From: an uncultured Methanoregulaceae archaeon
GTDB lineage: Archaea > Halobacteriota > Methanomicrobia > Methanomicrobiales > Methanospirillaceae
Reading direction: 5' to 3'
Assembly: GCA_963841015.1 (NCBI GenBank)
Contig: CAWJAX010000002.1
Coordinates: 96,001-160,000 of the forward strand
DNA: 64,000 bases
The translations under genes were made by a program, and so were the position numbers. Within the stretch, counting starts at the first letter, position 1. Every line of letters starts with the position of its first letter. The notes beneath the pieces were generated by a model. That model saw only the letters and a list, made by a program, of their open reading frames with translations. It ran no database searches and was not told the origin of the DNA. This document shows positions 63,709 to 64,000 of the stretch, piece after piece.

Positions 63709-64000
63709 TTTTCCTTCATCAATTTTTTCGTTTCTCCAAAAGTGCCCATGGGTGGCTGAATTTTCTTGCGTGACTAAAAAGTCGTACTGTAACCACACCT
63801 ACATAAAAATGGAGTTTCGCCTCCCGACAGGTGCTGTTAGCGGTGATTTTCAGCTCCGAAAACGTCCCCGATTTCCAAACAAGCAACGGAGCGGGGAATC
63901 CCAAATCATTCAGGCTGTTTTTTCACGAATGAGTGATATTTGATGGTCGGGAACCCTTCAGGAGAAGATAGTCTCCAACATAGAAGCGGTGCAGGTGCAA

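Noticed and set aside
1-64000. CRISPR array, tRNA, rRNA or integron attC array
   Set aside because: No regularly spaced 25-45-bp repeats, cloverleaf or rRNA motifs were seen. The dispersed hairpins lack RYYYAAC/GTTRRRY ends, and gene orientation is mixed.

Overview
A 64-kb accessory region from a methanogenic archaeon, most likely Methanomicrobiales (Methanoregula/Methanolinea-like). The assignment rests on AqpM, DUF2193/DUF2180, REC-PAS proteins, a PGF-pre-PGF remnant and many zinc-ribbon membrane proteins. I found no rRNA, tRNA, CRISPR array, integrase or transposase. At least 14 otherwise intact genes are broken by small indels, mostly single inserted bases. This looks like uncorrected long-read error, so I give merged gene models. 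Contents in order: a repetitive Ig/cadherin-like surface protein; a REC-multiPAS regulator; an Mg2+ P-type ATPase; an unusual three-gene Rhs/YD operon (polytopic membrane protein, leaderless Rhs shell, YD + double zinc-ribbon mini-protein) just downstream of an Fe3+-type ABC operon with a beta-propeller gene; assorted membrane, transport and bacterial-type genes; a toxin-antitoxin-rich zone (DUF4258/YgiT, PIN, Fic, MNT-HEPN, Mrr-like nuclease); a four-gene candidate defence locus (NERD-UvrD helicase, HNH, HIT, nuclease-DUF2075 helicase); and a DUF2193-DUF2180-aqpM operon. Non-coding structure includes a dispersed ~50-bp hairpin repeat family, ~170-bp direct repeats around the MNT-HEPN pair, ~400-bp direct repeats carrying a duplicated unknown gene, and several orphan gene 3' ends. 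All family assignments are from motif recognition by eye, not database searches.
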